Shown: piece after piece, positions 49,967-63,019 of the stretch
How positions within the stretch are numbered: the first letter of the stretch is position 1
Layout: the number at the start of each line of letters is the position of its first letter
Source of the DNA: Polymyxa betae A26-41
Lineage: Eukaryota; Protista; Endomyxa: Phytomyxea
Assembly (NCBI GenBank): GCA_003693705.1
Contig: RBZT01000525.1
Location: 1 to 64,000 of the forward strand
Direction of reading: 5' to 3'
DNA: 64,000 nucleotides
The notes under the pieces: generated by a model
The model's database searches: none
Seen by the model: the letters and a program-made list of their open reading frames with translations, nothing else
Told to the model about the DNA's origin: nothing
Program-made: the position numbers and the translations under genes

Positions 49967-51725
49967 ATGGCGTTATCCGAGTTATTGCCGATCAGATTGT
50001 GCCAGATGACGAGCGGCAATACTGAAGTCAGGAAGCGCCTATCAATACTGGTGAGTAAAATTGAATCACAAAACGTCCGATTTCATCGTCTGGCTTGTTT
50101 TCTGGTGAAAAACGAGAGGCTGATTGATTCCAACGAATTTGTGCTTCCGGATACTCATGAGCCTGGAACTTTGCTGCTTCTGTCGTTTGATTACAATTTT
50201 CTCGATTGTCGCTATGACGAACGAAATTGGATCGTAATCGGCTATGTGAGAATATCGCATTAGATCTTCAATCGGGATAACATCCTGAATAGGTCTACGA
50301 CGAAGGCACAGCTGAGCCACAAGCCGCTTTCGAATTGGATCTTGCTCATTTATTTAAGGTGAGAGACTTTTGGTCTCGTTAAGGTTCCCACTGTAAGTAT
50401 GACTTATTCATAGACTTTCATGAGAAGGTTGTCGGATATAGTCATCGACGTTGCTCTTGAGCATCCAATAGTACGTAGCTAACATGTCCATCATTGCATT
50501 GTTCATTAAAGCTATTTAGCATGAAACCGAGGTGGGTCGAATGCAGTTGCAACTTTCGTGGTGGTTCACTGCGGATGCCCAATCCAATTTTTTTTCGAAA
50601 CCTGTTCCGGCTAAGCTAGACCCCGTAACAAGCGAGATAACATTCAAATATTCGTGGAAAGGAGGCAAACAGCGTCATTGTGAGGCATTATCTTGGACTT
50701 CTAACTCTCGTTGCCCGTTCTGTTTCTTCATCTGTCCCGATGTCAGATCGCTGGTTCTGCATGTATCACTTTCCCATGATCGGCTTGATATCCGCTTCCA
50801 TTCTACAACCATTTTTCTAGAACCGGTTACTTGTCATTCTAAGATCAAGCCAGTTGAATCAATGAGTGTCATTGGTGGTCGTTATACTTGCAAGTTACTG
50901 ACAGACCGTATCTTGAAAGACCGTCTTTTGACTGCACGGCAAGCTGATGCTGTTGATGATGCTCGTAAAAGGCGCAGAACGGTTTCAAAATCAGTACAGC
51001 CAGCGCAACCAGTTTCGGCTCCGCCCAAGCCAAAGCGGTCTAACGGAAAGGTGAATGGCAAAGTAGTAAGCTTTTCTGTTTCTATGAAAGTTTCCTTACT
51101 TATTTTCTTCCATAAGGCTGCAGTGTCGAAAGCCAAACCATTTTCTGAAATCGTATACCATCATGGTTCCTTTTTTGTCCCCGTAAGAGTTGGAGAGTTG
51201 CCTGAAGGCTATAAAGATAGCGATCTGGAAATTGACGATGCATGGATATTGTCCCAACAAAACCAGGTATGCTCGTTGCCCATCTAGTTTGAGATTAACG
51301 TCTTATTGTCTGGTTAAACAGACAATTGCTATGTTTGAAGATGTTGAGAACGACGAGAAAGAACTAATGATCCTTTGGAATGAATTGAGGAAAAAGCAAC
51401 CGGAGATTATATCAGATAAAGACCTTGCCCCATTTTGTGAAACATTTGCTACGACCATTCGTCGACATGATCGACGACTTAGGAAGGTATTATGACATCT
51501 TCATTGAGCGGTTGATTGTTCACAGTTGTTTGATAGGCGCTGTTAAATCATTTATTGGTGCTTTGGGAGTTCGGATTGCTCTCAAGTTCACAGGTCAAGA
51601 GAATCATCAGTATCTACGATGGACGAGATGAATGTCCCGATAGCAAAATTGATTATCATCAATCGGATGGGAAAGTTAATTATAACCAATCCGATATGAA
51701 ATTTACTGTAACCAATTTTCTATGA
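49967..51725 (+). CDS. Polycomb PRC2 subunit SUZ12/EMF2/VRN2-like (C2H2 + VEFS box)
   Basis: CPFCFFIC....SLVLHVSLSHD zinc finger; VEFS-like DSDLEIDDAW...FEDVENDEKELMILWN...FCETFA...HLLVLWEFGLL; 5' structure uncertain. Confidence 0.82.
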
Positions 51726-51869
51726 TTATTTAATGTATATTGTTATTAAACCATATTCCAAGCTTGTAGATCCCTATGGTGTAATGTGATGTGAGGATTA
51801 GATAAATATTTGTTTTAATAGTTCTATATTACAATAGTTCGTTATACGTTACGTACGTTTTTGTGACAA

Positions 51870-54269
51870 TTACAATTTGAAATCATAATCTGCATTGAAA
51901 TCAGCCATATGTGACAAAGAATCCAAATTGAAATTTTGCAAAGCTGCTGCAAAGTTTTGCTGAACTAGCTGACCCTCTCCAAACCGAATGGCTAATTGCA
52001 GGATCATTAGCAACTGTTGAATGCCAATAGGATATGGTATGGAACTGGAAATAGATTCCATTTGGGCATTCTCAACAGTGACGCCCAGATCCGCAATTAT
52101 TTGCTTAAATTCATCGGCGTTCTGTACTTGAGGGACTTGATAGATGGCTTTGAAAACTTTACCGAACTCCATTGACTGGATAGCGCTATAATTATTAGTA
52201 GTTCCGATAATCATCAAGCGACGTTTGGCATTAGGCGGTGGATGGGTTAATTTCACAAGTAAAGCTTGCAAGACTGCATTTGAGAACCGAGGTCCTACTG
52301 GGGTATATTCTAATAGCCGCTCAATGCCGTCCAGAATAATAATGCTTGCAGAGGATTTATAAGCGTCGTTGAAGACCTAAATAATTATGAGAAAGGTTGC
52401 AAAGTCAAGTTGGAACACAACCTTCATCAGCTTCGCGACTTTCTCGTTTTCAGATAGTCCCAGATAATCGTTAGGGGCAACGAGCTTGACGAAAGGAACG
52501 TCTGATTGAACAGCAAGCTGAGCAGCGATGGCAGTCTTCCCGCAGCCAGGCGGACCATGTAACAGCACCGATACTAAGGGTGTATCATCAGACTCTTTGA
52601 TATGCCTCACGAACATCAAGCCTAGATTATAATAAGACAGCAAAAAGCGAGAGGCGTTTTTCTGACTGACATTTATCCATAAATTTCTTGAAAGCCTCAC
52701 CGTATTCGATAAATCCATTACGCAGGCAGAGCTTCAGATCTTCTCCACTGACACCAAAAGCAGGGATAATCTCCAGAAGCGCTTGCTCGAAATGTTGCAT
52801 TCGAACTAAGATATCACTGACCGATTTTACGTCGACTTTATCTCCGGCCTTGATATCAATGTTGCCATACAGCGCAAAGGAGACGGCGCTTTTCACCAAA
52901 CCGGCAAGCTCGGCCCCGCTGAAATTCTTTGTCTGTTGAGCCAACGAGCGTATGTTCACATCACTGTGCAAACAGCCAGATTCGCGCATCGCCCTCGTAT
53001 GGATCATTAGAATATCGTGACGGCCGTTTTCGTCAGGCAGCCCAATCTCAACGTGAACCTCGAGACGACCTGGACGAAGCAATGCCTCATCAATCATATC
53101 TTTGCGGTTGGTCATTCCAATGACCAAAATATTGTTCAGCGAGTTGACACCATCGATTTTACTCAGAAGCTGGTTGACGACAGTATCATGAACCCCAGTA
53201 CCACCACCGGTCGTTCCACGCTGCTTACAAATCGCATCGATTTCATCAAAAATGATAATGTGAAGGTCTGCATGCTCCTTGTTCTGAGCGTAATCCGCCT
53301 CTGCGTCTTCAAACAGTTTCCGAATATTCTCCTCGGATTGTCCGACGAATTTGTTGAGAATTTCAGGACCGTTGACGACCTTGGGCTCCCTTCCGTTCAG
53401 CATCTTTCCGATCTGCCTGGCGATCAACGTCTTTCCTGTCCCTGGCGGGCCGTGGAGCAGCATACCACGAACATGCGAAATCCCGAGCTTCTCAACAACA
53501 TCGGGAGGAAACGTTCGGGAGGCGAACGCTCTTCGGAAAATTTGACCAAATTCCTCGTCCAAACCGCCAATTCCCATATCAGAAAATTTGAACGAAGGTC
53601 TCAGGATGTTGTTTCGCGATTGCGATTTGCTTTTGATTAAATTGAGCAGCTGGTCTTTCTTATTGGTTTCGAACGATATTGCAGTGGTTCCAGGCAGGAT
53701 TGCCCCGAATCGAACCAAGGAGAATGGTTCCGATTTGCCGAGGTCGACAATTTCGACTGATTGTACAGTAAACTTGATACCAGTGCCTTGAAAATCAGCG
53801 ACGAAAATCTGTCCTTTAGACCAAAGCTGGTCCGACATTCGTCGCTGGACGTGTTCTATCAAAGCATCTTCTTCGAGATTGAATCGAATGGTTTTTAGAA
53901 GAGACACTTCGATTTGCAGGAAAGCAAGATTGAAGTTGGATTTAGGCGGGATAACCAGCGATTTCACCTGACAGTTGTCTGACAGGGATGCACGAAGAGC
54001 GCTTCTTTGAAGCGCGTTCAAGCCAATCGATCCCTTCTCCAGGCTGTTCTCAGACCTATCTCATGAAATAAATTAACAATTCGCTCGGCAAAACAAGTTC
54101 CATACCGTATTTCGTAGACCAGTTCATCGTTGATAGAGACAAATGCTGTGTCATTATGGGTCGGTCGAATCAGAGCGGCATCTGCAGGACTAATAAAGAC
54201 AGCATTGGTATAGGCTAAGCTCTGCGATGGTAAGTTAACCACTTTGAGCAACGCAGCCGGAGCCTGCAT
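51870..54269 (-). CDS. NSF: Vesicle-fusing ATPase NSF/Sec18
   Basis: GIGGLDEEFGQIFRRAFASR, GPPGTGKTLIARQIG, IIIFDEIDAICKQRG, D2 SVLLHGPPGCGKT. Confidence 0.97.
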
Positions 54270-54526
54270 CGTTGGGAGTTGATCAGACGAACCGTCGACA
54301 AAACCCCAAATGGTACTGAGCCTTGGAGAATGAGACTGCTAAAATCTCCAAGCCTGATATTTCTATGCGTGCAACTTTTTTTTTGATTTTCTGTAATATC
54401 CACTTATGCAAGAGGGCTGCGCTACACGCACTTCAACGAAACATCGCAGACTGCTTTTTTTGTTAGCAAAGTACTGAGAATGAACGCTTAACAGTTGGAT
54501 CTCAACAGTCAACACTTTTCTCATTC

Positions 54527-56142
54527 ATGTTTTGTTTCAACCCAGTTTGCAGTCAGAAGGATTGCGTAAACGTTACTTGAGGATGATCTCAGACATTGCC
54601 CGCTGTATGTAGAAGCTCTGAATCAAGAAATAGACAAAGCGTGTGTTCTGCTTCATGAGAGCAGTGTTTCGCTGTAAAAGCATCATCGGTAATTATCATC
54701 ACAGTCTCCGAATTCAATATCAAACGGCAGCCCATAATGGCAACGCATTGATACTGAGCGCTGCTGTTCCTGTTTTACTGGCTAGAAGAATCATTGTTTC
54801 GATTGGATGCCTGTGCCTGCAAAAGTCATCTACAAACGATGTGATTGAATTAGAAGTGATTAGAACGGCATGACATTGTCCAGAAAATCGAGTCAAGTCT
54901 AGCTTCGTATGAACTTTGAAAATGAATGCTCCCTCATTGCTGAAAGGCGTCAGTATCTTATCCCAGATGGACCTTGCTACTGGAGATCCTGTCATAAAGT
55001 CTACTTGCAAAAGCCAAAAATTTTTAAAAGGTTTCGACACCCGCTTCATCGAGCGTATTTTTCAGTGTTCGCTACACTCGATTTTTATGTAGGTTCCAGT
55101 TGTGCATGATTATGATCCTTATGAGACACTCTATAGTGAAGATGGTTGGATGGCGATCGGAACATTCCTCATTTCTTCCGAATCCATGTCGCGATCCCGA
55201 ACTTCGCACGCTCTTATCTTAAAGCCATCATTGGCTATCCGCCCGATTGTTCGCGCCATTTCTGTTGAAGCTATCGATTGTTCTGCCACCGAACTGACTT
55301 ATGAAATTGAACTTTTTGCTCAATTTATCTCAGGGCCGAGGATGCACTTTTCTAATCAGAATATAGCTGAATTTTTCGTTCTGCCGTCAATGAAAAAAGC
55401 ACGCCTCCACACCCCAACCTTAAAGAATCCAGCCCCTACAACTCAGCTTGATATGGTACCGACATTACGAAAATACTGGATTGCAAAATATGGGAAAGCG
55501 TATAGCATAGATGATGGCATCCCGTGCCGGCTTGTAAATGTCACTCGTTTTGTTGACAGCCAATCTTGTCCTCCTGTACTCACGTATCCTTCAACATTCT
55601 TATGCACTTCCGAGTTAACAATCAGTCATGACAGACTGAACTCTATCTTGGCAATGAAGGCACTGTCTGGAAAAGTAGTTGCAAGCTGGCCATTGCTCGA
55701 GCTAACTGACACCTCTTAGATTCTTGATGAACTGAAGCAATCCCTCTTGCTTAACGGAACTCAATTTGTTCAAGTTTACCGTACTTCTCTAGCAAACCCA
55801 TCGATTGTGATCTTACAGAAAGCAAGCACGTGTGGTGTTCTGGAAAGCTTTAATCACAATAACAGCGGTAAATTGCAAGATTTATTCAAGATGGCCGAAC
55901 CGGCAGTAAAAACGGATACAGCAAATTTGAAAATCGACGCCTGTAAGGCTAAGCAATCTGCAAGTTCAAGAGCGATTGCATCCTTCATTGGATCTGCAAC
56001 GGATTGCTTATCGCAACCAGTTTCTATGCCACTGACTAAAATGAAAATATCTCGCTGCCGGAGTAAGGGCGGTCTCACGAACGTCAAAGGCAAAAAATCA
56101 AGAACAACTGGCACAAGCAAAAAAAGTGCAAAACAAAGCTGA
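54527..56142 (+). CDS. C18orf63/DUF4708-like protein with a basic disordered tail
   Basis: FFVLPSMKKARL...LRKYWIAKYG...LTYPSTFL recalls the VLPSMK...W...YG...TYP motifs of C18orf63; multi-exon, start approximate. Confidence 0.55.
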
Positions 56143-56168
56143 AAATATAAGCCGTCAATTTCACCTAT

Positions 56169-57408
56169 AAAAAAAGGTTGGTGTCGCTATTTTTCCCCCA
56201 GAAATCCCCGTCTTTTTCAAAACCTGATTTCCAACAATGGCATATCAAATCACCGCACCCATCCCAAAAACTTAAAGTTGCTCCACCCATACCAATAAAT
56301 TCATCACCACGCCTTCGAAAAAACAAATTAAACATCCAATTCCAAAAATATCATCCACCGCCCCCAGAATTGAACCCCAAATTAATCAGCAATCAACACC
56401 GAGCAGATGACACAACAGCACCACGTGCCACATGAGTTGAATTAAAGATACACAGCATCTCAACATTACCCATCCTCTTTTGTCGTTCATTATTATAATG
56501 GTTAGGGATGTATTTTCAATCCTGGAGCAATGCTTGCCGTAATCGCAATAAGCTATCGGTTCCAGACCTTTTACACTATGCACAGAAGATGATTGAGAAT
56601 TGCCAATATGATAAGCTAAAACAATGTTTTGATAATTCAAGCTAAACCGATAATCCCGATCAGGATGCACGCTCCTCCTCCCCTGAAGCAAGCGACCTTC
56701 AGAAATAGGTTCAGATCAGAAGCCATCAACTTCAAACTTATGTAGCAACACCTATTGACCATCCTCCATGCAGCCCAAAGCCCCAAAATGCAGAACATAA
56801 GCTCCACAAGCCATCACAGCAAATGCCAGGATCCCCCCAGATAGAGCTTTACAAGCTTTGGTCTGGAATACGTATATACATCGGAAATATTGCTCTTACT
56901 ACTGTAGACATGTCCGTTAAGAGACCAACTTTTGCGTGGAAAAATTTGCGCTTCGCCCGACTTTAGAAGACAGAAACGATTCGCACATTTGAAAGTGGTA
57001 GGAGGTTCTGATTATCTCAATAACATCACCGACGAAAGCGCAATATATTTCCGAAGTACGGTATGTCGGCACAGCAGTTATTATCCAAATTCTTTCGTTT
57101 GTTTGGCATCAAAATCATATCTTAATAGATAGAAATTAGGATTATAGGTATCAAATGAGCGCGCGCCAGGTTATCACAATCAAAGATGAGACGAGGACGC
57201 CACCAAGGACAAACATTTCAGACCACAACGTGCCCCGACAATCCAAACAAAACTTTTTGGTTTGTTTTAATTTAGAAATAAAATATATTTGGAGGAATTT
57301 TTGGGGATGGGTGGGGTGGTTTGATATTTTTTAAAATGTCATTCTCGAAATCGGGTTTGAAATCACGGGGATTTCCTGAAGGAAAAATATCGACAATTCA
57401 CCTTTTTG
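56169..57408. mobile_element. Putative non-autonomous DNA transposon with long degenerate terminal inverted repeats
   Basis: 56169-56270 (aaaaaggttggtgtcgctatttttcccccagaaatccccgt...tatcaaatcaccgcacccatccc) matches the reverse complement of 57300-57408 (aaaaaggtgaattgtcgatatttttccttcaggaaatccccgt...tatcaaaccaccccacccatcccc); no intact ORF inside; no TSD found. Confidence 0.65.
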
Positions 57409-57617
57409 ATCTCGATCATGCAGTCGAATGCTGTAAACACAATCGTTTGCACGATCATGTTGTAACTGTTGTGTTCAAGCAAAGAACAACAAATCTCGTA
57501 GACCAAGCAGTAAGCCCCAAAACCCCAGAAGCAAGAAAAAAGCCTAAATTTGCTCATAATAGTAAATGTAATATTTATTGTTATAGCGCCAGTTTGACCA
57601 ATAATAAATGTCGACAA

Positions 57618-58493
57618 TTAATCCGAACGATTCTCTGGTTTCTCTGGTTCCTCAGATAGAACAAGCCGTTTATATGCAAAGAACAGGCCCCCAACACTGT
57701 CGCGGACGCTGTCGTATTCAGGTCCACGAGATAACAGGCCAATGGCTTGTAATCCGACAATGCCGATTTCTTTCGGTAAGGTGAAAACGCCAACTTTGCT
57801 CACGTGTTGCAAAGCAGCATGCGCCGTCTGTGATGTTAATGAAAACGCCGATCTGGCATTCTGGCAGGTCGTGCAGGCCAAAGACTTTGACTTGACAACA
57901 GCGCAATCAGCTAAACCGACTACATCAATAGGTAACTGATTGTGGCTAAAATCACGAGCATTGTGGATCAGATGTGCAGCCCTGGTCTTGATTCGGGAAA
58001 CTGGCCCCTAACAGCAAATCAGCAAATTGAAAAACTTAGCAACCAGGGAAGATACCTGTTGTGAAGGGTTGCCGCCAGCCTGATCTTCAGGGATCACATA
58101 GTTCAGAGCACAAGACATTTTTTTCTGGACAGAGCTGTAGGTCGTCTTTGCTAGATCGGTCATGTTATGATTAGCAACTTCAACAGCCCCCTAACAAACC
58201 CGTTACAAATGCAATCAGGAGGCCTAGGGCCAAATCCATACCGACAAAGTAAAGTCCCCGTTTTTCTCCACAACGGGTTTATAAACATTCTCTTCCACAG
58301 CGTGAACTGAAAGGCCAATCGCCTTGTCAGCGACGCCGACGAAGGACTTGAGCGGTTCGGCGAAGGGCCGCGCCACTCTTTCAACGGCGCCATGAATGGT
58401 CTCATGGGCCTCGAGCCAGGACTTGACGCCGTCCACGCCGCTGGAGACCAGACGTTGCTCGCGGGCGGCTGCCACCAAATAGTCAACGGTCAT
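57618..58493 (-). CDS. Hypothetical protein, perilipin/CAP20-like N-terminus
   Basis: RLVSSGVDGVKSWLE...AVERVARPFAEPLKSFVGVADKAIGLSVHAVEENV amphipathic pattern; multi-exon, ends LSEEPEKPENRSD*. Confidence 0.5.
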
Positions 58494-59160
58494 GGGCACT
58501 GATAGCGACACAATGAAGACGAATGAGAGAGGGGTTGGAAATTGAAACGATGGGTTGGGGCCGCTGTTTGACTCGACTGCGTCTACGTAGTTCGGTGACG
58601 CTCCGCTCGCAATCACTGCGTATGGCCAAGAACGCTTCGCTGCTGCTCTACAGTAAGTCGGCTATACGAGATCGGATTGCCAGACCCGGGCAACGCAATG
58701 ACGTTCAAGTCTGGATTCAAATTCTAGATTGAAGGGCCAGAACGTGAACGTGGCCAGAACATGCTGCGGTCATGATAATCGATCGGAACTGGATCTGTTC
58801 GCCAAGTGCAAAGTCTCATTGGTCTGACAGATTCTGCTTTGCGTTGATTTCCATCGTATATTGCAGCAGCTTGCTTGGCAGAATCTTGGTTTGGGGCGGC
58901 ATTCTCAGGATGTTCTGTTTAATAATGCGTCTTTCAAACGTTCCTGCTAACAAAATTCTACTGACAGATTCTCTCAAGTTATGTACTCATTGAGTATATC
59001 GATCTGTAATAATACCAGATAAACTCTCATGGAAAGTTTCTTTGAAATATCGGATTAATGCGCGATTTCAATCTCGGAGACGTGATTCTGGGTCAGTTGA
59101 GGTTCATCTGGCTGAAGTCCCGATTCTGAATCAAAATTCGTTCCGTACAACCGGGATTCC

Positions 59161-60170
59161 ATGGGGAAACATGCACAACTCGTTATGGGTCCTGCCGGAA
59201 GCGGAAAGGTACGTTTATGATTGTTACCTTCGCCGAGTCTTTGGTCACTATCTTATTATTCAGTCGACATACTGCGATTTGATGCTAAAGCATTGTGAAA
59301 ACACAGGACGAACAGTCCATGTCGTGAACCTGGATCCAGCTGCTGAATCGTTCAAGTATCCAGTCTCTGCCGGTCAGTTGCACCGCCTTCTCGATTTCAC
59401 TCTTCTGCTAATAACCTGATTCAGATATTCGGGACTTGATATCGGTCGACGATGTTATGGAAGAATTAGGCTTGGGTCCAAACGGTGCCTTGGTTTTTTG
59501 CATGGAATACTTGATTGAAAATATTGACTGGTAGAACGGCGCTGATGGGCTAATGTCCCTAGACTAAATCGATTCAGGCTCGCTGAGCAGCTGGGCGACT
59601 ATGCTGATGACTATCTGATTTTCGACTGTCCTGGTCAGATTGAAATCTTCACCCACGTCGACGTCATGAAATCCTTTGTGACGACCGTGGAACGTCTCGG
59701 CTATCGTGTCTGCGGCGTCTTTCTGCTCGATTCGATTTTCATCTCGGATGCTTCCAAGTTTATCTCCGGGATCATGGCCTGCCTCAGCGCCATGGTACAA
59801 TTAGGTACGATTGTTCGATTCTTCGGGTGCTTGCTGTAATTAGAATCTGGCAGAAATTCCACATGTCAATGTTCTTTCGAAATGTGATCTATTGGCAAAC
59901 AAACCAATGCTGGAGAAATTTCTGGATACAGATCTCTCGGTGATTCTACCAAATCTTTGCCAGACAATGTCGGGAAGGTTTCGGGCGCTGAACGAAACTA
60001 TAGGCGAACTGATCGAGCAGTATTCTATGGTCTCATTCCTACCTTTAAATCCCAACGACGATGATACAATTACATATCTTCTATCAAATATCGATGTCGC
60101 AATTCAGTATGGCGAGGATCTCGAGCCGTTGGAAACGAGGGATGACGGTGACCGAGAAGAAATCGAATAA
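59161..60170 (+). CDS. GPN3: GPN-loop GTPase 3
   Basis: [72 protein letters not shown]. Confidence 0.95.
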
Positions 60171-60370
60171 ATAATTAAACTAAAACAACCGAGGCTGACT
60201 TTTACTGTTCTAAACTGTTTGTTGTAACTGACGTTTTACTTATGGCGAAAATATGTTTAGAACCATCTTAACCGGTCAGGAAGACACTTAGAAATCGTCA
60301 TGCAGATGCGTTTCCAGATCACCGTTGCCGTTGTGGTGGAATCGCCCATGAGGATTCTAAACGCATGGTC

Positions 60371-61337
60371 TTAGACTGCCTATCGGAATACCAACGAACA
60401 GTAACTTACATGGGCATGGTGGTGGCCGTGCTTCCAGTCGTGAGGATGCTTGCCGAGATCACCCGCTTCTTCATGGGCCTAATTTAAAGGTCATTATCAA
60501 CCTTCGATACAATTGAAAGCGACTTCAAACCAGTTGGTGCAGCGGGTTCGGCGAGATGCCGGTCGTCCCACCGTACGGATGAGGGCCGAGAACGTCAGGG
60601 TTGGGGTTGACACCTTCTTGGAAATCGCTGTGAACGTGATCGTGTTCGTCAGGTCCATGACCATGGGTACCCAACATGCTGCTGTCGCCAAAAGCGCCAC
60701 CGCCAGCCATGCCACCAAACCCACCGGAATGGTAACCACCGCCACCCATCATCGAGCCGACTTGGCCATAGCCACCATAGCCATCGCCATAGCCGCCCAT
60801 CGGGTAGTTGGCAATAAGATCGCCGCCACGTTCGGAATCGTAATCGACGCGATCGTAAGGAAGGTTCCCACCTTCTCCTCCGAACAATTCGCCCATGTGC
60901 TCCCTATCAGCCGGAAATCCACCATGGCCTCGGTAGCCTCCGTATTGGCCAAGCCCCATTGCTCCAGCCGCGACGTCACCACGATGAGGGCCGTCATCGT
61001 ACGGATAGACAACAGGGTACGCAGGCGAACCACCACCACGATCAGGGTCGGCATCAGGACGAGTGTGTTCATCATCCAGATGGTGCTCTAAACTGTGTCC
61101 ATGCTGGAAATACCCGTCTGCATTAACAATAAGGCCAAACTGCCCCGAACCTTTGTGAGCTTACCGTGATGGGCGTGCGTCTGGAAAGTTAGGTTAGAGG
61201 TGGCAAGATTTTTGAAACTGTCATTGACTTACAAAATCAGTGAGTTCGTCGTTGACGTTATGTAACTCCATCAACTCGAATCCATTCGACAGCTGACCGA
61301 GAAACAAACCGGCAGCGAGAAGTAGATACTTCGACAT
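60371..61337 (-). CDS. Putative secreted Gly/His/Tyr-rich low-complexity protein
   Basis: Signal-peptide-like MSKYLLLAAGLFLGQLSNG; body with GGYG repeats and His clusters (HGHGPDEHDHVH, HDWKHGHHHAH); GT-AG introns. Confidence 0.65.
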
Positions 61338-61643
61338 AAACACTAGGTTACTGTTAAGATTTCGTTAGAGATCCCACGACCGCTTATGCCGACGTAAGCG
61401 ATAAAAATGAATTTCTGATATGGCTGCATAAGTCACTTCTAAGGCAGTAGTCATGAGTTCCTCAAACCGCTGAGTCATGGCTTCTGAATATTGAAGTCAT
61501 ACAATGATTCAGACGTTGACTCACTGACATGAACGAAACGGATCAGCGAAGCAAGATTTTTTACCCTACTGGGAGATTGCAATTTGCAAAGGAGGATCGA
61601 GGATTTCACTACGTGAGAGACATCAAGCAGAAATAGTGTGCTT

Positions 61644-62830
61644 TCACATTAATTGAATACAGGATTTGACAATTCCTTTTCCAATTGTTCGATCAATCTC
61701 GATGAGCCCTTGCCCGACCAGGCTATAAAGCAAGGAAACCACTTCTGATTTGCTTTCCAAGAGGTCGCCCACCTGAACATGATCCATCAATTGAATGTCG
61801 CAGTCATATCTACACGGTGCTTTCCTGACCTTCGTTTTGAACTCTTCCAGGGGCATTACTCCTTGATTATCACAAAGCACAGATAACACTATTGCGAATG
61901 GTTGTTTGCTTTCCAAACGCCTTTGTACTATAGAACGAATGGCATGCCTAATAAATCTATTCAAAACTGGATTCGTAAATATCGTAAAGCGGTACCTAAT
62001 AGCGCCTGCTTGCTCGACTTGAGAGCCGTTTCTACTCTGGATCGCGTTAAATGCAGATTGCGCTTGGTCCAGCTGACGTGTCAAATCATGCAACTCTTGA
62101 CAGTTCGAACTAATTGGGAATAAAACAGAAAGCATAACAATCACAATTGACTTGATATTACTTTTCGGACCGTTGACGCGCTTCATCCAGTTCGTTCTCC
62201 AATGCTCTAGACTCCTCTTTGAGTTCGGATAGGCTTGAGCCATGAAGGCACTTCTTCTCATCGTCAATCATTTGCTCTATATGCTCCAATTTGAACTCTA
62301 ATTCAGGTCCTTGATCAATATTCTCATCCGATAACTTGCTTAAAGTTTCTTTTAAAAAAAGAACTTGCTCTTTCAAAAGGTCTGTACAATATCAATAAAC
62401 CTACTTGATGTAATTACGTCGCGATACCGATTTCAGCCTCAATATCAGCGACAAAGTCATTCAACTTCTCGTTCAAGCGATTTTCCACAAACTCTTCATT
62501 CGGCTCTGGACACTGCTCGCACAGGCTTTGGAATTCGAGGTTGGCAGACTCCCATCTTTTAGACAACTCTGAAGCCGCATCTGGCTTCTCTCGCCTCAAT
62601 ACAGTCAGCAACTCATGCATGCTTGCTTCTGCAGGGTCGAGTTCGACGTCAGATCTCTTCGCTGACGAGTCGAGATATCGCAACTCGTCACGTTTAGCTG
62701 GTCGAATCTGGCGTCCTGAAGCTGCAGCAGCTTCAGCTGTCGACCATCGTTGATAACCGAAGAGACCAGCAGCTGATTCTAAGGCTAAAGTCGCTTGTGA
62801 AAGCGAATCAGGTAGGTCGATTTCACCCAT
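61644..62830 (-). CDS. Uncharacterised coiled-coil protein with a possible C-terminal winged helix
   Basis: ORFs 62414, 62158 and 61644 linkable by short introns; E/K-rich heptads; C-terminal VVSLLYSLVGQGLIEIDRT. Confidence 0.65.
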
Positions 62831-63019
62831 TGAATGGATAACATATACAAAGGGCACCCCGCAACCCCAAATTGGGGTCAAAATTGTCGGAAACCTTTCC
62901 TGTATTTTAAAAGCCTTATCTTCTTGATTTTATGTGATACCTAGCAATCCCATACAGAATTTGGATGAAAGATCAGCGGGCCATAATGGCACACGCCACA
63001 TCAATTGACTGTTGTTGAG

